From contig JBLNDL010000099.1 in assembly GCA_050261575.1 (NCBI GenBank), positions 1 to 48,677 on the forward strand: a stretch of 48,677 nt of DNA, written 5' to 3'. The stretch is from Sphingomonadaceae bacterium (GTDB taxonomy: Bacteria > Chloroflexota > UBA6077). The position numbers were made by a program, and so were the translations under genes. The notes under the pieces were generated by a model. That model made no database searches. It saw only the letters and a program-made list of their open reading frames with translations, and was not told the origin of the DNA. This document shows, one piece after another, positions 37,392-48,677 of the stretch. Within the stretch, counting starts at the first letter, position 1. Each line of letters starts with the position of its first letter.

Positions 37392-38471
37392 CTATCCTCT
37401 AACGTAGTTCATTCCGCCGGTCTGACGTGCCAGCCCCTTCAACTCGAGCATGGTGAGGGCGCTGGATACCACGGACATCGGAAGGCAGACCGAGCGCCTG
37501 ATCTCGTCGATGTGGAGCGGCTCGTGGCTGAGACAGCAGAGGATCTCTGCCTCCGTCTCGGTCTCGGGGACCGCTTTCCGGACGTCTCGCTGCTCCGCGG
37601 CCGTCTCCAGGTGCAGCTCCTCCAGAATGTCCTGGACGCTGCAGGCGGGCTTCGCGCCTTCCGATATCAGTCTATTCGGCCCATGGCTTGTTGGGCTGAA
37701 GATGTTGCCGGGTACCGCGAACACGTCGCGCCCCTGCTCGAGCGCGAACTCGGCGGTGATGAGTGCGCCGCTGGTCTCCTTGGCTTCCACAACAACACTG
37801 GCAAGGGACAGGCCAGAGATGATCCGGTTTCGGCGCGGGAAGTTGACTCCGTCGGGCTTGGTTCCCAGGGGAAACTCGCTCACCAGGGCCCCTCGCTCCG
37901 CGATCTCGGAGGCCAACCTGCGATTCTCACCTGGATAGATTATATCAAGACCGCTGCCCAGCACCGCGACGGTGCGACCTCCCGCCTCCAGCGCTGCCCG
38001 ATGGGCGCAGCTATCGATCCCTCGGGCGAGGCCGCTCACCACCGTCACGCCCTGATCGGCGAGGCCTCGAGCGAAGCTCTCCGCTACCTGCTTTCCGTAG
38101 ACCGTGGGCACTCGGGTCCCGACGATGGCTACTGCCAGTTCGTCGGTGGCCAGCAGATCCCCTTTCAGATAGAGCACGGGCGGCGGGTCCGCGATGTTGC
38201 GGAGGGGCGGCGGATAGTCGGGATCATCCAGGGTGAGCAGCCGGATTCCCAGCCGTTGGAGCTTCTCCATTTCTCTGGCCAGGTCGATCCGCGGTCGGGC
38301 TGCGACCAGGGATTCGATGGTGCGACGGTCCAGGCCGGCTTCGGCCAGCAGGGCCGGCCGGGCCTTCCACGCCGCCTCGGGGCTGCCAAGGCTCTCCACC
38401 AGGCGGCGGAACCTCGCCGGGCCGATGCCCGGCACCAGGCTGAGTCCCACCCAGAACGCCTTCTGGTCCAC
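37392..38471 (-). CDS. dprA: DNA-processing protein DprA
   Basis: YP..LR.I.DPP, AIVGTR, VSGLARGID, FPRRNRIISG, SGALITA, VPG; GTG start after GGAGG. Confidence 0.95.
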   Translation of the reverse strand: MDQKAFWVGLSLVPGIGPARFRRLVESLGSPEAAWKARPALLAEAGLDRRTIESLVAARPRIDLAREMEKLQRLGIRLLTLDDPDYPPPLRNIADPPPVLYLKGDLLATDELAVAIVGTRVPTVYGKQVAESFARGLADQGVTVVSGLARGIDSCAHRAALEAGGRTVAVLGSGLDIIYPGENRRLASEIAERGALVSEFPLGTKPDGVNFPRRNRIISGLSLASVVVEAKETSGALITAEFALEQGRDVFAVPGNIFSPTSHGPNRLISEGAKPACSVQDILEELHLETAAEQRDVRKAVPETETEAEILCCLSHEPLHIDEIRRSVCLPMSVVSSALTMLELKGLARQTGGMNYVRG

Positions 38472-38924
38472 CAGCGTCACCTCCAGAAGGGAGTAGCTCA
38501 CCTGGATTCCAGACCCCAAGCGGGCGGTTGGGGATTGTAGCATAGAACCCGGGGGCCACAACAGGTACGGCACACTGGGAGAGCAGGTTCCCTGACCCGA
38601 TTTGCCGGCTTGCCCCGGTACATCGTGTATCTTGGTAGAGATCATGCGTCGGGCGCGCGTGTTACAATGTGCTTGAGGGTCCGTGTGGAAGCGCACGTCG
38701 CAGAGGATGTGGGGCGGGCTCCAAGTCACCATCACCCGCGTCATGCCAGACTTCGTTATTCGGTCATCTGCCTTTTCCCTGATGCCGGCGAACCTGAGAT
38801 CACCCGATGGAGAGACCGTTCGGGCGAGGCACCTGAGCAGGGTGGGGCCAATCGGGAATGACCTGTCCCCCTGGGTTCACGGTGGGCAAACGGATCGACA
38901 AAACTGCTGGGAGGATAGCGACTC

Positions 38925-39881
38925 ATGAAGTGGGATGATCTGCTTCGAATGGAGCGGGTGGTGGAGGAGACGAACGACTGGCGCCACCGCCCGGCCAACG
39001 TCTACACCGACGGCGACGGCCGGGCCCTCGTCTCCAAGGTCTCAACGGTCGATCGTGATCTCAAGGCGGCCGTCAAGCAGGCCGTCGACCTCGTCGGAGG
39101 GGTGCGGCGTGCGCTGCGACCTGGCGACAGGGTGCTGCTGAAAGCCAATTTCAACAGCCCCGACCCTCTGCCAGCCGCTACCGATCTCCCCTTCCTGGCC
39201 GCGGTGGTCGAGCTGCTGCGCGAGGAGGGCATCACCGACCTTACCCTGGGGGAGCGCTCCGGATGGCCCGCTATGCCGACCTCGGCGGTGCTGGAGAAGC
39301 TGGGCGTTTTTTCCGCGGCGAAGGAGATGGGGTTGAAGGTGATCGACTTCGATCCCGGACCGTGGATGGACGTGCGGCTGGGGGAGGAGGCGCGGTGGTG
39401 GAAGAAGGTAGCCTACCCCAAGGCGCTCAAGCAGTTCGATAAGATCGTCTACCTGCCCTGCCTGAAGCACCACTTCCTCGCCAGCTATACTGTGAGCCTC
39501 AAGCTGGTCGTCGGCCTCACTCACCCGCGGGAGATGGTCTACCTCCATGCCGACTTCCGAGGCGGCAAGCCACACGAGCCGATGTACCTGAAGCTGGCCG
39601 AGCTAAACCTGCCGATTCGGCCCGATCTGATCATCGTGGATGGCCGGAAGGCCTTCGTCACCGAGGGGCCCGTAAAGGGGGAGGCGGTAGAGCCTGGGCT
39701 GATCATCGCCTCGGGTGACCAGATCGCTCTCGACGCGGAGTGTCTCAAGGTGCTGAAGTCCTATCCACGGGACAACATGCTTCAGGCACCCGTCTGGAAG
39801 ATGCCCTTCATCACCCGCTGCATCGAGTTGGGGCTCGGCGTCGCGAGCGAGGAGGAGTATCGGGTGGTCGAGGCGATCTGA
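38925..39881 (+). CDS. DUF362 domain protein
   Basis: GDRVLLKANF, LP.LK.H, PDLIIVDG....GP, ASGD.IALD. Confidence 0.8.
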   Translation: MKWDDLLRMERVVEETNDWRHRPANVYTDGDGRALVSKVSTVDRDLKAAVKQAVDLVGGVRRALRPGDRVLLKANFNSPDPLPAATDLPFLAAVVELLREEGITDLTLGERSGWPAMPTSAVLEKLGVFSAAKEMGLKVIDFDPGPWMDVRLGEEARWWKKVAYPKALKQFDKIVYLPCLKHHFLASYTVSLKLVVGLTHPREMVYLHADFRGGKPHEPMYLKLAELNLPIRPDLIIVDGRKAFVTEGPVKGEAVEPGLIIASGDQIALDAECLKVLKSYPRDNMLQAPVWKMPFITRCIELGLGVASEEEYRVVEAI

Positions 39882-39984
39882 GGAGGTATCGCTGGCGGGA
39901 GACCCGCACTCTACCTAGTGATGCTTGCTTGAGGCTCGCTTCTTGCGCAGGTCGATCACCAACGGTGCGGGGGAAGGGGGCGCG

Positions 39985-40968
39985 ATGGAGTACGGCAGCC
40001 TGATCCGCCGGGCATGGATGCTAACGTGGCGGCACCGGTTCCTGTGGGTGCTGGGGTTGTTCGCCTCCAGCACCGTCGGCTCCTGCTCCCCCATCGGTGG
40101 TGGCGGACCAGGGATGCAATGGCGGACGGGGCCGGAGGAGATGCGCCGGGTCTCTCCGGACCTGGAAGGGGCCCTGCGCTTCGGCGAGCGGTGGTTCAGC
40201 GCCAACCTGGACGTGGTGCTGGTGGTAGCGGTGCTGGCAGCACTGCTGGGGCTGGTCGCGGCGGTGCTGTCCCTCCTTGCTCAGGGCGCGATGGCCCGGG
40301 CTACCGCCGACCTGGCCTTGGACCGCCCCACCACCCTCGGCGCCGCGTGGGGCGCCGGCGTCCGATTGTTCTGGCGCTATCTCTTCCTCTGGTTGCTCTT
40401 CATCGCCCTCGCTATCGCCGTTGGACTGGTCGTTGCGCTCTTCTGGGGGTTGACCTTCGCGGCATCGCAGTTCCCCGCCGATCCCTCGCGCACCATTCTG
40501 ACGGCGGCGGCGGGGCTCGTGGCGACCCTGACCTCGCTGATCTCGATTCCGGTCTTCATCGCTCTGAGCGTCGTGGTGGCTTTTGCACAGAGGGCCATTG
40601 CGGTGGAGGACGTGGGGCCGGTGGACGCGCTGGGGATCAGCCTCCGTCTCGTGCGATCCCACCTCGGGACGAGCGCCCTGGTGTGGCTCATCAATCTGGC
40701 GCTGGCCTTCGCATTTGGCATCGCCATCGCCATCGGGGTAGTGGTGATCGTGATCCCGCTAGGTGTGGTGGCTGCCGCGCTCTTCGCCATCACGGGCGTA
40801 TCGGTGGCCTCGATCGCCTACCTCGTCGCGGCGGTGCTGGCGCTGATCATCGCAGCCTGGATCATGGGCGCCGTGGCCAACAGCTTCTTCTGGAACTACT
40901 GGACCCTGGCCTATCTGCGCCTCACGGATAGGCTGACGGATCGGCTGGAGCCAAGGGTACAGGACTGA
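39985..40968 (+). CDS. Multi-pass membrane protein of unknown function
   Basis: MEYG.LI.RAW..TWR.RFLW.LG N-terminus; 6-7 hydrophobic segments; WTLAYL near the end. Confidence 0.8.
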   Translation: MEYGSLIRRAWMLTWRHRFLWVLGLFASSTVGSCSPIGGGGPGMQWRTGPEEMRRVSPDLEGALRFGERWFSANLDVVLVVAVLAALLGLVAAVLSLLAQGAMARATADLALDRPTTLGAAWGAGVRLFWRYLFLWLLFIALAIAVGLVVALFWGLTFAASQFPADPSRTILTAAAGLVATLTSLISIPVFIALSVVVAFAQRAIAVEDVGPVDALGISLRLVRSHLGTSALVWLINLALAFAFGIAIAIGVVVIVIPLGVVAAALFAITGVSVASIAYLVAAVLALIIAAWIMGAVANSFFWNYWTLAYLRLTDRLTDRLEPRVQD

Positions 40969-40969
40969 G

Positions 40970-41009
40970 GGGTGAGGGCCGGGGATCTCGGTTGCGCCGG
41001 CCCTCATCC
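40970..41009. terminator. Hairpin between convergent genes (possible bidirectional terminator)
   Basis: GGGTGAGGGCCGG / CCGGCCCTCATCC stem. Confidence 0.45.
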
Positions 41010-41016
41010 CTTGCCT

Positions 41017-41778
41017 CTACGCCTTAGCTTCCGCCGTCAGGCGGACGATCTCGACGAAGGAGTCGGCCTTCAGGCTGGCGCCGCCGACGAGGCCGCCGTC
41101 GATCTCCGGCTGCCCCATGAACTCCGCGATGTTGTCGGGGGTCACGCTGCCCCCGTATTGAATCCTCATCTGCGCTGCGGCATCCTCCCCGAAGAGGGAG
41201 GCCACGACCCGCCTGATGATGCCGATCACCCGGTTCGCCCCGGCGCCGGTCGCGGGCTTGCCGGTGCCGATGGCCCACACGGGCTCGTAGGCTATCACGA
41301 GGCCCTCGATGCTCTGCAGTCCCGCCAGTCCGCCCTTGACCTGTCGGGTCACCACCTCTTCGGTCAGGCCAGCCTCGTACTCCTCCAGCCTCTCGCCCAC
41401 ACACATGATCGGTTTGAGACCGTGGTCGAGGGCCGCCTTCACCTTCTTGGCCACGAGGTCGTCGGTCTCTCTAAAGTAGAGCCGACGCTCGCTGTGGCCG
41501 ATGATGACGTAATCCGCGAGACCCCGCAGCATCAGGGGGCTTATCTCCCCCGTGTACGCGCCCTTCTCCATGAAATGCATGTTCTGAGCACCCACGAGGA
41601 TGGAGCTGCCCTGAAGGTGGTCTCGCACTGCCGCCAGTGACACGAAGGGAGGGCAAACCACCGTCTCCACCCCCTGGATGGCCTCCGCCCGAGGCCTCAT
41701 GGCGTCGACCAGGGCCACCGCCTCCCGCAGGGTAGTGTTCATCTTCCAGTTGCCGGCAATGATGGGTGTTCGTGCCAA
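41017..41778 (-). CDS. tpiA: Triosephosphate isomerase
   Basis: AGNWKMN, GHSERR, AYEPVWAIGTG, YGGSV, LVGGASL. Confidence 0.97.
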   Translation of the reverse strand: MARTPIIAGNWKMNTTLREAVALVDAMRPRAEAIQGVETVVCPPFVSLAAVRDHLQGSSILVGAQNMHFMEKGAYTGEISPLMLRGLADYVIIGHSERRLYFRETDDLVAKKVKAALDHGLKPIMCVGERLEEYEAGLTEEVVTRQVKGGLAGLQSIEGLVIAYEPVWAIGTGKPATGAGANRVIGIIRRVVASLFGEDAAAQMRIQYGGSVTPDNIAEFMGQPEIDGGLVGGASLKADSFVEIVRLTAEAKA

Positions 41779-41837
41779 ACTCCTACCTCCCACGACGAGG
41801 ACCGAGGGCACGCAATCGGTTGGCCTCAGGAACGACG

Positions 41838-41912
41838 GTGGGGGCAGACCCGTGTGCCAGCCCTGGGCGCGCATACAGCGTGACGCGAGCGGGCACAGCG
41901 CCACCGCCCTAC
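41838..41912. repeat. Degenerate GTAG-type REP-like pair
   Basis: GTGGGGGCAGACCCGTGTGCCAGCCC ... GGGCACAGCGCCACCGCCCTAC; similar degenerate units at 24355-24376 and 45790-45870. Confidence 0.4.
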
Positions 41913-41926
41913 CGGTACGGCTGCAC

Positions 41927-43480
41927 TCAGTCCTCGATCAGACTCTTTCCCGTCATCTCCTTCGGTTGCGGGATGCCCATCAAATCCAGGATGGTAGGCG
42001 CTATGTCGCACAGCGCACCACCCTCCCTGAGATCGACCCCCCTGGTCTGCTCCCCCACCAGCATGAATGGAACGAGGTTGGTGGTGTGGGCGGTGAAGGG
42101 GCCGCCTGCCTCGGGATCGATCATCATCTCGGCGTTGCCATGGTCCGCCGTTACCAGGGCGATCCCACCTTGCTTCAGCACCTGCTCGACGATCTGCCCC
42201 ACGCAGCCGTCCACCGTTTCCACGGCCTTGATGGCGGCAGGGATCACCCCCGTATGGCCAACCATGTCGCCGTTGGCAAAGTTCACGACGATGAATGGGT
42301 GCTCGCGCTCCTTCAGGACGTTAAGCACCACCTCGCACACCTGAGGGGCGCTCATCTCGGGCTGCATGTCGTAGGTGGGCACCTTGGGCGACGGCACCAG
42401 CAGCCGATCCTCCAGAGGGAAGGGCTCCTCGCGACCGCCGTTGAAGAAGAAGGTCACGTGCGCGTACTTCTCCGTTTCGGCGGTGTGGAACTGCCGGATC
42501 TCGTTCTCGCTCAACACCTGGGCGAGAACCCTGTCCACGTTCTCCGTGGGGTAGGCCACGGTGACCGGAAGACCCTCCTCGTACTCGGTCATGGTGACCA
42601 CCAGCAGGTCCTGCAGCTTGGGACCTCGGTCGAAGAAAGGCATCTCGTCCACTACCAGCGCACGGGTGATCTCTCTGGTGCGATCCGTCCTGAAGTTGTA
42701 GAAGATCAGGGCGTCGTGGTCGGAGATGAGCGACTCCCGGCCCTTCTCTGGGGTCTCGCACACTACCGATGGATGGAGGAACTCGTCGGTGATCCCCAAG
42801 TCGTAGGATGCCCGGATGATGGACTGAGCGGAGGGACCGCTGTTGCCCCTGCCGTACACCATCATCCGGTACGCTTTCTCAATGCGATCCCACCGACGGT
42901 CGCGGTCCATCGTGTAGTATCGGCCCGAGACCGTGGCTATCCTGCCGGTGCCCAGCTCCCGGATCCGTTCCTCCAGCTCCTTGGTGTACTCGAGGGCGCT
43001 CGTGGGCAGGGTGTCGCGTCCGTCGAGTATGAGGTGCACCTCTACCTGCGGCAGATGGTGCTGGGCGGCGAGGGCGAGCAGCGCGTACAGGTGGTCCACG
43101 TGGCTGTGAACCCCACCCGGGCCGAGGAGGCCCAGCAGGTGCAGCTTGGATCCCCTGGACTGGACGTGCTCGATAGCCTGAAGGAAGGCCGGATTCCGGA
43201 AGAAGCTTCCGTCCTGGATGGCCATCGAGATGCGAACGATGTCCTGGTACAGCACTCGCCCAGCCCCGATGTTCAGGTGCCCCACCTCCGAGTTGCCCAT
43301 CTGGCCTGCCGGAAGCCCCACGCGGGTCCCGGATGCCTCCAAGGTCGTGTGGGGATACTTCTTCCAGAGGGAGTCGATTACCGGGGTTTTGGCAAGGTCT
43401 ACCGCGTTGCCGGGACCAGCCGGGGCAATGCCCCAGCCGTCCATGACGATCAAGACCACTGGTTGTATGTTTGGTGTCAT
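41927..43480 (-). CDS. gpmI: 2,3-bisphosphoglycerate-independent phosphoglycerate mutase
   Basis: DGWG, QMGNSEVGH, DGRD, GRYY.MDRD, AETEKYAHVTFF, DMVGHTG, TADHGNAE. Confidence 0.97.
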   Translation of the reverse strand: MTPNIQPVVLIVMDGWGIAPAGPGNAVDLAKTPVIDSLWKKYPHTTLEASGTRVGLPAGQMGNSEVGHLNIGAGRVLYQDIVRISMAIQDGSFFRNPAFLQAIEHVQSRGSKLHLLGLLGPGGVHSHVDHLYALLALAAQHHLPQVEVHLILDGRDTLPTSALEYTKELEERIRELGTGRIATVSGRYYTMDRDRRWDRIEKAYRMMVYGRGNSGPSAQSIIRASYDLGITDEFLHPSVVCETPEKGRESLISDHDALIFYNFRTDRTREITRALVVDEMPFFDRGPKLQDLLVVTMTEYEEGLPVTVAYPTENVDRVLAQVLSENEIRQFHTAETEKYAHVTFFFNGGREEPFPLEDRLLVPSPKVPTYDMQPEMSAPQVCEVVLNVLKEREHPFIVVNFANGDMVGHTGVIPAAIKAVETVDGCVGQIVEQVLKQGGIALVTADHGNAEMMIDPEAGGPFTAHTTNLVPFMLVGEQTRGVDLREGGALCDIAPTILDLMGIPQPKEMTGKSLIED

Positions 43481-43497
43481 TCTCGGCTTTCTCGGTC

Positions 43498-43556
43498 CTG
43501 AGCCCTGAGTGCCGAGTCCTGAGTGGTGGCAGCGCAGGACTCGGCACTCAGGACTC
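43498..43556. repeat. Heptamer-based inverted repeat, 22-bp stem with 1 mismatch
   Basis: CTGAGCC CTGAGTG CCGAGTC CTGAGTG ... CAGGACT CGGCACT CAGGACT. Confidence 0.75.
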
Positions 43557-43559
43557 GTG

Positions 43560-44747
43560 TCACTTGTCTTGTAGCGCCGCGACGCCGGGAAGGGTACGGC
43601 CCTCGATCAGTTCGAGGGAAGCCCCACCCCCGGTGGAGATATGGGTCATGCGATCCGCATATCCCATCTGCTCCACGGCGGCGACCGAATCGCCACCGCC
43701 CACCACGGTGACCGCATCCTGCTTGTTCGCCAGGATATCGGCTATCGCCTTGGTTCCCTCGGCGAAGCGTGGCATCTCGAAGACGCCCATGGGGCCGTTC
43801 CAGAAGATGGTTCGGGCGGGGGCCAGCAGCTTTCGATACTCCTCCACTGTCCTGGGGCCGATGTCCATGATCACCCAGTTGGTGGGAACGTGCCTCACGT
43901 CCACCACTGCGGACGGGGCGGTGGCATCGAAGCGCTCGGCCACCACCACATCCACTGGGAGACCGAGGGCGATGCCCTTGGCCTTGGCCTGCGCCATCAG
44001 CTCCCTGGCCACGTCCAGCATGCCGTCCTCTACCAGGGACTTGCCAACGTCGATCGCCTGGGCCATCAGGAAGGTGTTGGCCATCCCGCCGCCGATGATA
44101 AGGGTATCCACCTTATCCAGTAGGTTGCGAAGCACCTTGATCTTGGTGGAGACCTTCGCTCCCCCGATGATGGCGGCGAGGGGCCGCGCGGGGTTCTCCA
44201 GGATCCCATACAGGGAGTCCAGCTCCTTCTGCATCAGGAACCCGGCCACGGCGGGCAGATAGTGGGCCACTCCCTCGGTGGAAGCGTGAGCACGGTGGGC
44301 CGTGCCGAAGGCATCGTTGACATAGAGATCGCCGAGCGCCGCGAGTTGCTTCGCGAACTGGGGGTCGTTGGCCTCCTCCTCCGGATGGAAGCGAAGGTTC
44401 TCCAGCAGCAGCACCTCGCCGGGATTCAGATCCCGGACCATCTTCTCCACTTCCGGGCCGACGGAGTCCGGGGCGACCTTAACCGGCTGCCCCAGCAGTC
44501 GCTCCAGTTCACGGGCGACGGGGGCCATCCGCATCGACTCCACCACCTTTCCCTCCGGGCGGCCTAGGTGGCTCATGAGCACCACTTTGGCGTTGCGCTC
44601 GAGCAGGTAGCGGATCGTGGGCAGTGCCGCCTCGATGCGGGTGGCGTCGGTGACGTGCCCCTGTTTGTCCAGGGGCACGTTGAAGTCCACGCGGACGAGG
44701 ACCGTCTTGCCCGCCACATCCACGTCGCGAACGGTCTTCTTGTTCAT
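43560..44747 (-). CDS. pgk: Phosphoglycerate kinase
   Basis: [49 protein letters not shown]. Confidence 0.98.
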   Translation of the reverse strand: MNKKTVRDVDVAGKTVLVRVDFNVPLDKQGHVTDATRIEAALPTIRYLLERNAKVVLMSHLGRPEGKVVESMRMAPVARELERLLGQPVKVAPDSVGPEVEKMVRDLNPGEVLLLENLRFHPEEEANDPQFAKQLAALGDLYVNDAFGTAHRAHASTEGVAHYLPAVAGFLMQKELDSLYGILENPARPLAAIIGGAKVSTKIKVLRNLLDKVDTLIIGGGMANTFLMAQAIDVGKSLVEDGMLDVARELMAQAKAKGIALGLPVDVVVAERFDATAPSAVVDVRHVPTNWVIMDIGPRTVEEYRKLLAPARTIFWNGPMGVFEMPRFAEGTKAIADILANKQDAVTVVGGGDSVAAVEQMGYADRMTHISTGGGASLELIEGRTLPGVAALQDK

Positions 44748-44751
44748 GGCC

Positions 44752-45777
<1,026 letters not shown>

Positions 45778-45879
45778 CTACAGTGCAGGCCGCGCCAACC
45801 TGGCGCCCCGCTCCTACAAAGATGCGGTTCCTGGGTACAGGAGAGGGGCGACCAGTTAGCCGCCCCTGCAAGTTCTGGG

Positions 45880-47190
<1,311 letters not shown>

Positions 47191-47235
47191 CTAGGATTCC
47201 GTATCCATAACAAAGGGTCGGGGGAAGCCGCAGGG

Positions 47236-47360
47236 CCGAGGACCGAGGAGTGAGAACTGAGGCAATGCCCACCCTCAGCCCTCGGTCCTCAGTCCTCACT
47301 CCTGGCTCGTCGGTCCCTGACCCTTGTCTCCGATCCCAGATTCCCGGTCCCTAGACCCTA
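47236..47360. repeat. Heptamer arrays: inverted pair 47236-47301 plus a further degenerate array to 47360
   Basis: CCGAGGA CCGAGGA GTGAGAA CTGAGGC ... CTCAGCC CTCGGTC CTCAGTC CTCACTC; then CCGATCC CAGATTC CCGGTCC CTAGACC. Confidence 0.65.
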
Positions 47361-48431
47361 TCCCTGCCTACTGGGGGGTAGGCCCAGGTCCTGCCGGAGC
47401 TCCTCGTAGTTGAGGTGGACCTCCAGCATTCGCTCGTAACGCTTGACCTTCTTCTCCTCGTGGAACTGAACCTCGGCAAAGGCCTGCTCCACCAGACCGG
47501 CCGCGGCGAGGGTGTCCTGTTGGACCAGCACCACCGGGACGCCCAACTCCTCTGCCCGACCTAGGATCAAGGGACTGGGATGGAGGTTACCTGTCAATAC
47601 AAGTGCTTTGGTGGAGGTCTCCAGCGCCGCCAATTGGATGTCGGGCCGGTCGCCTCCCGTGATGACCACCTTGTTGGGCTTCCTCCGGAAGTAGTTGAGC
47701 GCGTTCTCGACGCTCATGGCACCTACCATAACGTTCTCCACCAGTTCGTCCATGTGCTCCTGGCCGGAGATCACTCTGCCCCCCAACCGGGCCACCAGGT
47801 CGCCCACGGTGGCTGCCATGAGCATCCTGTCCTCGGGGATAATCGCGTAGACCTTTACACCCCTGCGATTCAAGAACGGGGTGAGGGACTCGGTGACGAA
47901 CTCCAGCATGCTCTGGGGGACGGCGTTCAGCACTACCCCGAGGAACCTCTCGCCGAACCACTTCTTGGCGAGGAGGATGTTATCCCCCATCAACTCGCTG
48001 CTGCCACGCATCACCAGGAGGCAGTGGCCGTCGACCATCTCGGCGATGGTCTTCGGGTCCAGCCCAACCATGGAACCCGCGGCCAATCCTCCCACCCCTT
48101 CGACCACCATCACGTCCTTCCCGGCGGAGGCGGTACTGTAGGCCTCGGCGACCTTGTGGGTGAAGTCCCCGGTCTTCTCCGCCAGGATCCACTCGAGGAC
48201 CTCCCCGTCGATCACCACTGGGGTCAGGACGTCCATTGGCTCCGTCAGCCCCAATGATCGCTTCATCACAGCCGCGCAGGTTCGAGCGCTCTCGACCTGC
48301 CTGACCGCAGCCGTGACCGGCCTGATGTATCCGACACTCAAACCCTCGCTGGCCATTCTCCTTGCCAGGCCCAAGCAGAGCACCGTCTTTCCCGCGAAGC
48401 CCTCCATGGACATGACGTACAGGGTCACCAT
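47358..48431 (-). CDS. Phosphotransacetylase N-terminal-like protein (BioD-like + DRTGG domains)
   Basis: AGKT P-loop, VVEG, VGAM, VITGGDRPDIQLAALE, LVLTG; no PTA catalytic domain. Confidence 0.88.
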   Translation of the reverse strand: MVTLYVMSMEGFAGKTVLCLGLARRMASEGLSVGYIRPVTAAVRQVESARTCAAVMKRSLGLTEPMDVLTPVVIDGEVLEWILAEKTGDFTHKVAEAYSTASAGKDVMVVEGVGGLAAGSMVGLDPKTIAEMVDGHCLLVMRGSSELMGDNILLAKKWFGERFLGVVLNAVPQSMLEFVTESLTPFLNRRGVKVYAIIPEDRMLMAATVGDLVARLGGRVISGQEHMDELVENVMVGAMSVENALNYFRRKPNKVVITGGDRPDIQLAALETSTKALVLTGNLHPSPLILGRAEELGVPVVLVQQDTLAAAGLVEQAFAEVQFHEEKKVKRYERMLEVHLNYEELRQDLGLPPSRQG

Positions 48432-48677
48432 CGTCAGCACCCTCCCTTTCCTCGAATCCCAGTCGATTCTCGTCGGCGTCGATCAGCACCACAGCCGAGG
48501 CTACCGGAATCGGGGGCGGCGGGGGCCGGGGCGTGCCCGGCGGGGGGTCGCGCGCCCGGGGGGGGCGCCGATTCCGGTAGCCTCGGCGGTGGTGCTGATC
48601 GACGCCGACGAGAATCGACTGGGATTCGAGGAAAGGGAGGGTGCTGACGATGGTGACCCTGTACGTCATGTCCATGG
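48404..48677. repeat. Terminal fold-back: 110-bp inverted repeat (48404-48513 / 48568-48677, one mismatch) around a GC-rich low-complexity spacer; probable artefact
   Basis: The last 110 nt of the window are the reverse complement of 48404-48513. Confidence 0.9.

Noticed and set aside
38785..38860. TPP- or glycine-riboswitch-like words (CTGAGA..ACCC, ACCTGA, GGAGAGACC)
   Set aside because: Spacing and remaining conserved elements do not fit either aptamer
47980..48675. 231-aa ORF spanning the window end
   Set aside because: Created by the fold-back artefact and out of frame with the DRTGG gene

Overview
GC-rich bacterial chromosomal segment. Gene content and style suggest Chloroflexota (monoderm-type surface proteins, EF-P loop, gene order), but this is inference only. 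Most of the window is housekeeping: yabN/mazG, a DUF881 pair, tldD-pmbA-rnc-smc-ftsY, ffh, a leuB-like dehydrogenase, dprA-topA-pepP-efp-accB-like-xseAB and eno-gap-pgk-gpmI-tpiA. The most interesting part is 320-6427, an Hmc/HybAB-like membrane redox module. It contains a Tat-exported 4x[4Fe-4S] protein, an NrfD/HybB membrane protein and a 39-aa HmcD-like peptide missed by the ORF track. The operon is led by two paralogous membrane-anchored six-Cys 'CW...CW' proteins rather than a cytochrome or catalytic subunit, and sits opposite a NarL-type two-component system. Other oddities: a tethered octaheme cytochrome c beside SH3 and LPxAG surface proteins, a BCCP-like protein lacking the biotin-accepting lysine, a ROK kinase/GT4/six-hairpin islet between ftsY and ffh, and dispersed 7-bp-periodic inverted repeats. 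Both window ends look like sequencing or assembly artefacts: a poly-G/poly-C junction at 245-302 and a fold-back inverted repeat at 48404-48677. No tRNA, rRNA, CRISPR array or transposase was recognised. All product calls come from motif recognition by eye; no database searches were run.
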